A stretch of 64,000 bases of DNA, from positions 1 to 64,000 of the IMG/VR virus record IMGVR_UViG_3300027806_000035; one strand, given 5' to 3'. This document shows positions 47,348-56,052 of the stretch, piece after piece (the first letter of the stretch is position 1; every line of letters begins with the position of its first letter). The stretch comes from a virus. The notes under the pieces were generated by a model that was not told where the DNA came from, did no database searches, and saw nothing but the letters and a program-made list of their open reading frames with translations. A program made the translations under genes and the position numbers.

Positions 47348-50300
47348 CTACAGGCCGAGTCGTTTTCTGGTCTTCATGCTATCGGCAAGTTCACGAATCG
47401 TCTGGTTCCGGGCCACCTTAGCAGTACGGGCATTAGATGCCTCAAGCTGCTCGGGAGTGACGAAATCGTACTCGTTGACGCGAGTGGTTTCGTACTTGAT
47501 CGGAGGCAGTTCTTTCGGGCTGCTGGTGACACGCTCCAGTCGGTCGATCTCCCTGGTCGTTTCACTCCGCTGATACGGAACGGCCCGACCATAGTTGCCG
47601 GTGTAGATGGTGTCACTAGATTCACCATCACCGCTCTCCATGCTGCTCGCGGCGCGACGGGTATAGCGGCCGATCGAAGGGGCACTGCCGCCCTTGTCGT
47701 CAAGGCCGGGGACGTACAGCTCGTCGTTGGGAATGATCGTGCCTGGGCGGTCGGGAACCCACAGCTCAGGGCCGTTCTCGCCGATGATCGCCGGGTCGTA
47801 GGGATCAGGGCGACCGCCCGAGGCATAGCCAGGCAGGCCGAGGTTGCCGAGGTTGAGCATTTCGCCGGTAAAGCCGGGGAGCGACGACTTCGGCTTGCTG
47901 CCAAACAGACCTGACAGTCCACCGCCAGCGCCAAACATTCCAGTGATAGAGCTGATGGATCCGAAGATTGAAGCTGCACCCATCAGGGTGTTGTAAGCCC
48001 CGCCCTTGCGGATCATCTGAGCGCCGCCAACGCCCATCGCGATGCTGCTGATCGCTTGCAGGCCGATGCCAACTGTTTTCTGGAACTTGGTGACAGAATC
48101 TGACATCTGAGTGCCGAGATCCTGAACGCTATCTGTCGCTTGCGCGGCTGCCTGGCCAAGCTGACCCAGCGATTCGGCCGTCTGATTTCCAGCTGCAGTA
48201 GCGGGACCATAGGCAGCGCCAACAGCCTCGCGCATTGCATCGTAAGCCTCAAGCATTCTCCTAGCATTTTCCTCAGCATTGAACTGAGGAGCTGGCTGAA
48301 CCTGGGACACAACAGAGCCAATTTCGGAAAGAAGCTTGCTGGTGATCGCAGGGTTTAGGCCGGGCTCTCTGCCTGGGCCGTGGAAGAAGTTCTGCCCCTC
48401 GGCTCGCAGGAAGTCGCCCTGCATCATATTGCCGTACTGGCTAACGCCTTTGAAATACAAGCGGCCATTGATGTCCTTGATCGACTGCTCAAGAAGTGCG
48501 GGATCAAGAAGCTCGGCCTTGACCTTGTTGAACAGGTCGGCGCCGTAACGATTTGGATTGACGACTTGGGCGCGACTCAGGCCAAAATTTGGTGCATACT
48601 GGCCGGCTTGGGTTACGACATCCACCAGATTCGATGGATACTGACCGGAGCGTGAGCGGCTGAGGATGTTCGCGAAAACATCAGTTCTGCCCAGCGGATC
48701 GGATCCACCATATTCGCCAATTGCAGTATTGACTGCAGCCGCAATTTCTTCATCCGTAAGACGCAGCGCCTCCTTGATGCTTCTGCCGGTCATCGGCAGA
48801 TCAGGCCCGCCAACGCCCGTGAACTGTCCAGTTGCTCCACTGGACTGAGCGTCCCGATACCACTGACCGCTCTTGGGGGGCTCCGTTGCCGGCGACCTGC
48901 CGCCTGGACCTGGGACAATCCCGTTCGCGGGAGCCGTGGCCGGGGCCGGAGTGGCGCCGCGAGCCGCCGCAGCCGCAGTCTCAGCCTTTTTGACAAGTTC
49001 AATGGCAGCCTGAAGAATCTTGTCGGTATTGTCCTTGACAGCAGTAATTGGCTGAAGCAGGGGGTTCTGCTCAGGTTTGATGCCTAAGACATCGGAGAGA
49101 TTCTTGAACAGCTGATCCTGCAGGGGGCGCAGCGTAAACTCAAGGAGGACATCAAGAGTCCGATCTGCAACGCCTTCAGCGAAACGCTGAACAGATTCCA
49201 GCAGGTTCCCGCCTTTCAGCAGTTCTTTATTGAGCTGGATAAACGAGTCGGTCCAGCCACTTGCAATATCCCTAAGTCCATTAAGAACCTTGAGCTTGGC
49301 ATTCAAGTTGTCAAGCGCTTTTGCGTTTCTGAGGATTTCCTCCTCCTGTCTTGGGTTGATGCCAAGCCCGCCACGGCTGTTGATGATTTGCAGCCACTTA
49401 TCATATTCGCTGACAGGGAGCAGGAGCGCAGAAATCTCACCCCTCGCCTGAGTAATGGAGTTGCTGAGCTGGTCGTTTGACTGGGTGTAAAACTCAATTG
49501 TTGGCCGCAGCTTTTCAAACTCGACAGTAACTTTTTCCGCAGTGGCAATTAAGCCGAGCAGTTCGGGTGTCAGCTTGAAATCTGGCCGCCTTGCAAGAGA
49601 GCTGACAAGGCTTGTGTAAGAGCCTTGAATGACGCCGATGGCAATTGAGAAATCGTCTGCGACAAGGCCAAGTGCCTTCCTGGATCTAGTAAGAGAGTCG
49701 TCAAGCTCTTTGAATGGACCGGTGGCAAGATCGCTTATGCGACCAATAAATTCATTGAAGTTGCCAGCCTGACCAGAATTGACAAGTGAAGTTTCAAGGT
49801 CGAGCAGGGTCTTCTGAAGCTGATCCCCGCGTGCCACGGCCTGCGTTACGCCAGCAGTAGAAACACTCCGAGTGGAGACAGACGGAATCTCCCTGAGCTT
49901 TGGAGGAGCCTTTGTTGTCTCAATCGCTTTCAGGTTTTCGCCCGCGAGCTTCAGATTTTCTGTGATGTTGTCGAAGATTGTTTGATTTGCCGTGAGTACG
50001 TCTTGATAGACCTGCTTGCCAGGATTCTCCTTCGCATTGACCTTTGCGCTTTCAAGGAAGCTGCTCTGCCTTGCCTGCATGACAAGGAGTTCGTTCTTGA
50101 TAACCTCTGCCTTAAGCGAGGCAATTTTCTTTTCGGCTTCAAATGTATTCAGGGCCGCATCTTCGTTTCTGCGTGCAACGCTTCTGTTGATCTCCTGAAT
50201 TTTTTCGGCGGTGCTGATATTCAGGTCCGAAACCCTCTTGGCAACCTCGGCCTTGTACTTTTCAAGCTCAACCTGTTGGTTGCTAATCGCAATCTCAAAC

Positions 50301-53300
50301 TGCTTACGGCGTTGCTCGATCTGATCCTGGGCCGAAAGCTGAGCGCCAAGGTAGGTGGTTACAGCGTCCGCAAGGCTTTGCGCAAGCTCGTCGCCAGCCA
50401 GCTCATTGCGAACCTCAAGCGCAGCATTCTTAAACTGCTGCTCCCTGATCTGACCCTGCTTGACAAGGATCTCAAGCTCTTTCTGGGCGTTTTCTTGACG
50501 AAGCTGGGAGATCCTGTCTTCAACGCCACGGCGAATATCCTCGATCTGCTTTTCGTAGTCACGACGCAGCTCAAAGGACTGACGATCAAGATCTTCCTGC
50601 TCGCGCTTGATGGCGTTGGCTTGTTGCTTGAAGCCCTTCAGGATGTCCGCTCCTTCGTTCCGCTTATTGAATACTTCGAGATCGCGTTGAGCTGTGTCGC
50701 GGCGGGTTTCTGCGTCCCTGATCGCCTTGTCGCGTTGCTCCTGTGGCTTGAGCTGTGGCGCAGGAGTGGATCTTACAAGTCCAGCGGTGATTTCAGCCAA
50801 ATCTTTAGTCGGAATCCCAAGAATTGAACCAGCTCCACCGCCTCCAAGCGGGCGGCCAATCAACCTCTCAAGAAGTCCAGATCCCCTTGGTGCGCCTGCT
50901 TTTTCAGCGGCAGCCTGCAACTGCCTGTTTGCAGCCGCTCTAGCTTCTGGTGTGGCTGCAGCAAAGGCATTCTCAAATCTTTTTTCCGTCCCGCTTCTCT
51001 CCAGTCCTGATGCAATAGCATTCAAGATGTCAGTAAGCGGCCCAGCAACAAGAAGCTGGATCTGTACGCCAAGGTCGGCCATTGCACGCTTCAGGCGATC
51101 ACCAGCATCAGCGGCTTCACGAAGCTTCGTAGCTCCATCGACCCCGAGCTTGTTATTCAGTTCACCCTGGATAATCGAGTAGGCAGCGGTCTTATTCCCA
51201 GCCTCAATCAGATTGCCAATCAGCTTTTCCTGGCCACGGCTTGCAAGCAGGCCGGAATCCTTGATCTGCTCAAAGTTGCCGACCAGATCACGCAGCATGT
51301 TGCCGGTGTCCTGGGTCGCCTGCATCAGCATGTCCACCTGGGAGCCGATCGCCGTGCCAGCAAGCGACAGGCCGAAGCCCAGCGTGCCGCCGGCCAGGCC
51401 ACCGAAGAAGCCGCCCAGACCGCCACCAGCAGCGGCTCCGGCGCCCTGACCGAACAGGAGGGGGAAGGCGCCACCGATCAGGCCTTCCCCGACCGCCTGG
51501 CCGCCTCTCTGGCCGAACCTGCGGGTCAGGAAGTCAGCCCCGGTATCCCGGCGAGCAATCTGGTCGTCAACCTTGTTCAGAACTTTGGTCAGCTGATCAA
51601 AGCTCGCGTCCGTCATCTTCACGCCTTCGCGTGTTTCAGACAGCGCCTGAGACAGAAGCTGCAGCTGCTTGATGCTGGCGCCTGACATATCAGCCAGATC
51701 CTTCAGGCCAAGAAGCTGATCAGCATTGCCGCGAGCAGCATTTACGCGGCCCTCAAAGTCGCCAGGATCCGGTCCGGCAGGAGGGGCTGGAGGATTCGGC
51801 CCACGACCGCCGCCGCCAGCAGACCGAACAGCGGAAGAGGTGAAATTGGCAGCAGATTGAACGCTGAGCGCAAAGTCGCGAATCGGCTTTGTAGCGGAAT
51901 TCAGTGCTTGCTGCAATTTTTCAAGCGGGGATCCAATAGCGGCACCGGCTTCGCTACCAAGGGTCTGCGTCTTACCAAAAGCAAAGATTGACGAAAGCGG
52001 TGATCCAATGCCGCGCCCCTGAATCTGATTGGCGGAAAACAGGGGATTAGAAGGTGGAGCGCTCTGAAGAGTTGGTAGCTTACCGCGAATTCTTTGGTCG
52101 CGACTCATCAGAATACCAGGGTTCAGAATTGATGACTCGCCCGCTTGTCCGGCAACCGGAGACATGGGTGCCGTTACGAACCTGGCAGAGCTGAACTTGT
52201 TGGCACTCTTGACGAAGGCGTCATCAATCTGCTTTTCAAGAAGCCCCGGAAGGTTCCTGAAAATTCGCTCAAGCTTCATTTCCGGGAATACGTCCTGGAA
52301 CGTACCCCTTGCGCTCGACTCCCTCAGTATTTCGGTTGGGAAGTTCTGGAGCCCAACCGCATCAATTCGCCTTCTGTATTTAGCCGAATCAATTGTCAGG
52401 TCAGCAATGGATTGCGAAAGTGTTCCATAGTTAGCTCCAAGGCTCGGACGCTTCACCGCAAAATCAAACTGACCTGCGATTCCAGTCTGCGGATTTCTAG
52501 TAGGAAGGTTTAGGGAGGCAGTCGCTATGCCCTCTCTTGCCGTTTTAACGGCTTTCCCAACTGCATTCGCGCCAGCACCAAAGGCCTTGCTGAAGGCCGC
52601 TTCAATAGCAGAAGTACCCTGCTCAAGCCTGCTAGTAGTGGCATTGATGATGTCACTGATTAGCATAAGAATGAACTTGGGAGGGCTGTTCCTGCCAAAG
52701 ACCTTATTGATCGCTTTTGTTGCAGCAGACGCAAACTTGGTTGCCGCCGCAGCAGCGCTGGATGAACCGCCGGCAAGCTTGTCGGCAAAAGTGCTTACAA
52801 CGCTCGCGCCAGTTTCAGCGGCGCCAGAGACTGCGCCCTTGAGGCCGCCAGCACCAGTTCCTGTAGCTTTCCCGCCAACAGAAGCGTTGAACGCACCGAT
52901 GATGTTGCTCAGGGCTTGCTCGCCACTGCGACCGCCACGGAAGACCTTGGCGGCAGTGTCTGCACGTCCGAGATCACCAAGAATCGAGGTCAGGGTTCCG
53001 GTATCGCGCTGCTGCCCACGGCCAAGCCTTTTTGCAAGCTGCTCGGATGCTTTTGACTCAGCCTGCGCATTGGCCGCTCTTTGCTTCTCTAGCGCAAGCA
53101 GTTGCCTTGTTCCGTTTAGCTCTTCATCAAGAATATCCAGGCTCTTCGCGGAAATCTCAAACGTATCAGCCTTTGCGGCATTGAGTGTATTTTGGAGCTT
53201 GACAAGGGTGTCACCAATCTCAACGCCTTTTGCCTGCGCTCCGGCAAGTTTCTCCTGCAAAAGGAGGCCAGAGGCGAGGATGTTAGCGAGTCGCTTTGGC

Positions 53301-54748
53301 GCATCAATTGGTGAGACGTCAGTGGTTCGGATATTTGAAGGCCTGATTTGTCCAGCCTGGCCGGCTCCAGCCTTGGTGGACACTCCACTGGAAAGCTCCT
53401 CCACCTGAGCTAATGCACTTCTCCAGTTTATTCCCTTTGCTGCAAGTTTCTGCGCCTCAGTTACTGGCGTTGGCGTTCCACGTCTATTCAGGCGCTCAAG
53501 CGACATTCGCTGGCGGTCAATTTCAGCTGTCTGACGCTTCGAGGCCGTTAGATCCCTTTCGGCAAGCGAGGAAGTTGCCTTGTCAAGCTTTTGGCGAAGC
53601 TCAAGTTTTTGGTTTTGACTGAGAAATGCTTGGTCAACACGAGTCTCAAGAGCCGCAATTCGATCAAGCTGCAGTTCAATCTTATCATAGTATCCCTGCT
53701 TCTTGATGATTGATTTCGGATCATCAAGCCTGGAGGCAGGGCCAAGCTGCGGCTGAATCTTCATACTTTGGCCACGCAGGCCAAATCCGCTCATTTCCTC
53801 GCGAACAGATGCAATCCGCTCCTCAAGAGCCCGGTACTCATTGGAGATAACAGGAACAAGAGAGCGCAGTCTTTCTAGGTAGCCAAGGTATGAGTCCATT
53901 GCGGCCTCGCTTCTTGTCACCGTGTCACCCATTGCAAGCGCGGAAGCAATGAGCTTGCGGGAGCCGGCAAGATTGGCTTCTGATGTACCTTGACCAAAAT
54001 TTTGACGCTGAGCCTGAGGAGATAAACCAAAGGCGATAGCCCGAAAGCGTTGCTGTTCGGCTTCTGCGAGCTTCTTGTTCGCCCCCTCTACGGCAACACT
54101 GAATCTATTGAAATCGGCAGACGCAATTTTAACGTTATTTGCAACCAGCGAAAGAGCGGATGCCTGCTCTTTGAGCTGACTTATGCTTGCGTCAAGGCCT
54201 ACGTCTTTGCCAAGCCCGCCAGTTACGAGTTTCTTGCGGAGATCTCCAATGCGGAGATAGGCATCAGCAAGGCCCTGAAGCGCGTTTACGCTTGCCTGGT
54301 TTTTCATGGCAAGGCCAAGGGCTCTGTTAAGCCCGATCGCCCCGGTCTGGGCCTCCCTCTGCCTCTGTGTTAGCTGGGCTGTTTTGCTGTTGAGTTCATC
54401 AATAGCGCTGGCCGCGTCAAGAATATCTTGCTGTAACTTTTTATAGGTTTTTGTTTCTGGATTTTTCAGTCTTGACAGTCTTTGCTGCGCCTTTTCGATT
54501 TTATCAAAGTTTTTTTGAATTTCAGCTCCAGCCCCAGCAATACCCTTTCCAGCATCGTCCGAAATACGGTTAAGCGCAGTCATGCTTGACTGCAGCTTTT
54601 CCACATCACGCACAGCTCTTGACGCGGATACGTCCAGCGGGGAGCTATTTAGCCTATTAACAATGTCGTCAAGCTTGCTAACTCTTTCAATCAGCCTGTC
54701 AACAGCTGAGCGGCCAGTTACCAGAAGGTCAATTGAAGCGCCAGCCAT
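47348..54748 (-). CDS. Tape measure protein with SleB/Hydrolase_2-like peptidoglycan hydrolase domain
   Basis: 2466 aa, Ala/Gln-rich coiled coil, Gly-rich TM-like stretch, GE..V..I.SR..YP..VV.Q.GQY, GENGPEL.VP; lies between chaperone and tail-tip genes. Confidence 0.92.
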   Translation of the reverse strand: MAGASIDLLVTGRSAVDRLIERVSKLDDIVNRLNSSPLDVSASRAVRDVEKLQSSMTALNRISDDAGKGIAGAGAEIQKNFDKIEKAQQRLSRLKNPETKTYKKLQQDILDAASAIDELNSKTAQLTQRQREAQTGAIGLNRALGLAMKNQASVNALQGLADAYLRIGDLRKKLVTGGLGKDVGLDASISQLKEQASALSLVANNVKIASADFNRFSVAVEGANKKLAEAEQQRFRAIAFGLSPQAQRQNFGQGTSEANLAGSRKLIASALAMGDTVTRSEAAMDSYLGYLERLRSLVPVISNEYRALEERIASVREEMSGFGLRGQSMKIQPQLGPASRLDDPKSIIKKQGYYDKIELQLDRIAALETRVDQAFLSQNQKLELRQKLDKATSSLAERDLTASKRQTAEIDRQRMSLERLNRRGTPTPVTEAQKLAAKGINWRSALAQVEELSSGVSTKAGAGQAGQIRPSNIRTTDVSPIDAPKRLANILASGLLLQEKLAGAQAKGVEIGDTLVKLQNTLNAAKADTFEISAKSLDILDEELNGTRQLLALEKQRAANAQAESKASEQLAKRLGRGQQRDTGTLTSILGDLGRADTAAKVFRGGRSGEQALSNIIGAFNASVGGKATGTGAGGLKGAVSGAAETGASVVSTFADKLAGGSSSAAAAATKFASAATKAINKVFGRNSPPKFILMLISDIINATTSRLEQGTSAIEAAFSKAFGAGANAVGKAVKTAREGIATASLNLPTRNPQTGIAGQFDFAVKRPSLGANYGTLSQSIADLTIDSAKYRRRIDAVGLQNFPTEILRESSARGTFQDVFPEMKLERIFRNLPGLLEKQIDDAFVKSANKFSSARFVTAPMSPVAGQAGESSILNPGILMSRDQRIRGKLPTLQSAPPSNPLFSANQIQGRGIGSPLSSIFAFGKTQTLGSEAGAAIGSPLEKLQQALNSATKPIRDFALSVQSAANFTSSAVRSAGGGGRGPNPPAPPAGPDPGDFEGRVNAARGNADQLLGLKDLADMSGASIKQLQLLSQALSETREGVKMTDASFDQLTKVLNKVDDQIARRDTGADFLTRRFGQRGGQAVGEGLIGGAFPLLFGQGAGAAAGGGLGGFFGGLAGGTLGFGLSLAGTAIGSQVDMLMQATQDTGNMLRDLVGNFEQIKDSGLLASRGQEKLIGNLIEAGNKTAAYSIIQGELNNKLGVDGATKLREAADAGDRLKRAMADLGVQIQLLVAGPLTDILNAIASGLERSGTEKRFENAFAAATPEARAAANRQLQAAAEKAGAPRGSGLLERLIGRPLGGGGAGSILGIPTKDLAEITAGLVRSTPAPQLKPQEQRDKAIRDAETRRDTAQRDLEVFNKRNEGADILKGFKQQANAIKREQEDLDRQSFELRRDYEKQIEDIRRGVEDRISQLRQENAQKELEILVKQGQIREQQFKNAALEVRNELAGDELAQSLADAVTTYLGAQLSAQDQIEQRRKQFEIAISNQQVELEKYKAEVAKRVSDLNISTAEKIQEINRSVARRNEDAALNTFEAEKKIASLKAEVIKNELLVMQARQSSFLESAKVNAKENPGKQVYQDVLTANQTIFDNITENLKLAGENLKAIETTKAPPKLREIPSVSTRSVSTAGVTQAVARGDQLQKTLLDLETSLVNSGQAGNFNEFIGRISDLATGPFKELDDSLTRSRKALGLVADDFSIAIGVIQGSYTSLVSSLARRPDFKLTPELLGLIATAEKVTVEFEKLRPTIEFYTQSNDQLSNSITQARGEISALLLPVSEYDKWLQIINSRGGLGINPRQEEEILRNAKALDNLNAKLKVLNGLRDIASGWTDSFIQLNKELLKGGNLLESVQRFAEGVADRTLDVLLEFTLRPLQDQLFKNLSDVLGIKPEQNPLLQPITAVKDNTDKILQAAIELVKKAETAAAAARGATPAPATAPANGIVPGPGGRSPATEPPKSGQWYRDAQSSGATGQFTGVGGPDLPMTGRSIKEALRLTDEEIAAAVNTAIGEYGGSDPLGRTDVFANILSRSRSGQYPSNLVDVVTQAGQYAPNFGLSRAQVVNPNRYGADLFNKVKAELLDPALLEQSIKDINGRLYFKGVSQYGNMMQGDFLRAEGQNFFHGPGREPGLNPAITSKLLSEIGSVVSQVQPAPQFNAEENARRMLEAYDAMREAVGAAYGPATAAGNQTAESLGQLGQAAAQATDSVQDLGTQMSDSVTKFQKTVGIGLQAISSIAMGVGGAQMIRKGGAYNTLMGAASIFGSISSITGMFGAGGGLSGLFGSKPKSSLPGFTGEMLNLGNLGLPGYASGGRPDPYDPAIIGENGPELWVPDRPGTIIPNDELYVPGLDDKGGSAPSIGRYTRRAASSMESGDGESSDTIYTGNYGRAVPYQRSETTREIDRLERVTSSPKELPPIKYETTRVNEYDFVTPEQLEASNARTAKVARNQTIRELADSMKTRKRLGL

Positions 54749-54782
54749 TGAGCCAAAAACTCTTCTCTAGCCAGTATAGGCA

Positions 54783-55373
54783 CTATAAGCGAAAACCGAT
54801 TTCGACCCCTCTCCGAACATTGAAAGATAGCTGGCCGCCTCTTGTGTAGGTCTGGAACCAAAACTTCGGAGCAGTAATTGAAGCATTTGGATCTTCCCTT
54901 GTGTATCCAATGGCAATGTCAGGGCGAAGGCCAAAGTCTTGCATTCCACCTCCATCCTTGCGCCTGAATCCACGCTCAATCACCGGCTTAATGGGAGTGC
55001 CGATCGCAAAGAAAAGCCCCTCTTCTTCGTCAATTGCAATTCCAGCATAAGGAGATGAGTTCGTGATTTCAAATCTAATCATATCGCTGCCAACTTTTGA
55101 ATTCAGAACTCGCTCGTATCTGCTGAGAGGGAAGTTTCTTTTGTTGTACGAGTAGACGGATCCCTCCTTTCTTGGGGGGCTTGCGGCGCCGCCAGGGATC
55201 ACCACATCCCAAGCAGACGAAAAGCTGCCGCTCCACGCGGGACCGGCCTGCGCAAGTCCATTCGTCACCTCAACGGCGACCTGTTGCACCGCCTTTGCAA
55301 CTGCCTTATTGATCTGCCCCTGCAGATCCTTGGCAAGGCTGATGTTTTGTCCGCGCCTTCTTACTCTGGCCAT
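54783..55373 (-). CDS. HK97 gp10-like neck / tail-completion paralog
   Basis: V.NGL..AGP.WSG.F..AW; ITNSSPYA; TAP..WF..Y.RGG. Confidence 0.65.
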   Translation of the reverse strand: MARVRRRGQNISLAKDLQGQINKAVAKAVQQVAVEVTNGLAQAGPAWSGSFSSAWDVVIPGGAASPPRKEGSVYSYNKRNFPLSRYERVLNSKVGSDMIRFEITNSSPYAGIAIDEEEGLFFAIGTPIKPVIERGFRRKDGGGMQDFGLRPDIAIGYTREDPNASITAPKFWFQTYTRGGQLSFNVRRGVEIGFRL

Positions 55374-55393
55374 TTTTTATTTCAACTCTAGCC

Positions 55394-55422
55394 AAGAAAA
55401 AGGGGCCTACCGGCGGCCCCTC
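55394..55422 (-). terminator. Rho-independent terminator
   Basis: AGGGGCC...GGCCCCT then TTTTCTT. Confidence 0.75.
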
Positions 55423-55604
55423 TTCGCTTTACTTATCGCCTCTTCTTGATCTTCCTGTTTGATCTTGAAGTAAGCTGACCAGAGGATTAGTTCCTCTGGG
55501 GTCATCGTCGTATCGACTTCGCGGAGACTCTTGCCAAGAGTTTCTGCAACTACCAGTTTCAGGTAGGTCCAGCGGTCTTCGCGGAGTTCGTCTGCGATTT
55601 TTTT
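55407..55604 (-). CDS. gpT part of -1 frameshifted tail assembly chaperone (gpGT)
   Basis: After A AAA AAA the -1 frame reads IADELREDRWTYLKLVVAETLGKSLREVDTTMTPEELILWSAYFKIKQEDQEEAISKAKRGRR-stop. Confidence 0.85.
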   Translation of the reverse strand, partial: KKIADELREDRWTYLKLVVAETLGKSLREVDTTMTPEELILWSAYFKIKQEDQEEAISKAKRGRR

Positions 55605-55969
55605 GTCGAGGACTCAACCTCATCATCCTCACTGCCAAGGACAACAAGAATCAGCTTGTCAAGATCCTCAGCACGAATCGCGGTCTTCAGCTCGGGGATT
55701 TCCCCAGCTGCAAACATCGCGCTGCCATCAGCATTCTTGGCCTTGCTGACGAGCAGATAGATCAGCCAGTCGGAATCGTCATCCTTGGTCTTGGATGCAG
55801 CACGGGCATTGCGACGAGCCCGGTCACGCTCAGCTGCAACCAGCGGCGTGATATACATTTCAAGCTCGGTGAAGCCATCGCTGAGAGGAACGACCTTCTT
55901 GATTGGTTCAAGATTGGCGGCCTGCTTCAGCTTTTCAAGAGCTGTGCCGAAGCCAGTAGTGGAGGCCAT
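55559..55969 (-). CDS. Tail assembly chaperone (gpG-like)
   Basis: Follows the major tail gene; slippery A7 at 55598-55604. Confidence 0.85.
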   Translation of the reverse strand: MASTTGFGTALEKLKQAANLEPIKKVVPLSDGFTELEMYITPLVAAERDRARRNARAASKTKDDDSDWLIYLLVSKAKNADGSAMFAAGEIPELKTAIRAEDLDKLILVVLGSEDDEVESSTKKSQTNSAKTAGPT

Positions 55970-56002
55970 GTGAATAGACGGAGGCTTGAACAGGATAGCA
56001 AC

Positions 56003-56028
56003 AAAAAAGCCCCCGAACAAGCGGGGGC
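56003..56028 (-). terminator. Rho-independent terminator after major tail gene
   Basis: GCCCCCG-CTTGTT-CGGGGGC then T6. Confidence 0.8.
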
Positions 56029-56052
56029 AGGCGAGGCTCCAGCCGAACAGCA

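Noticed and set aside
45978-47380. Simple target-site duplication
   Set aside because: IS200/IS605 elements make none, and the copies differ at 10 of 33 nt, all synonymously
49982-53408. Long plus-strand ORFs opposite the tape measure gene (also 62412-63404, 16839-17501, 7403-7822, 7791-8429, 82-474)
   Set aside because: Antisense shadows of biased-codon genes with no recognisable motifs
55429-55647. 72-aa ORF from the track as the gpT partner
   Set aside because: Wrong frame; the -1 frame from the slippery site (ending at 55407) carries the gpT-like motif
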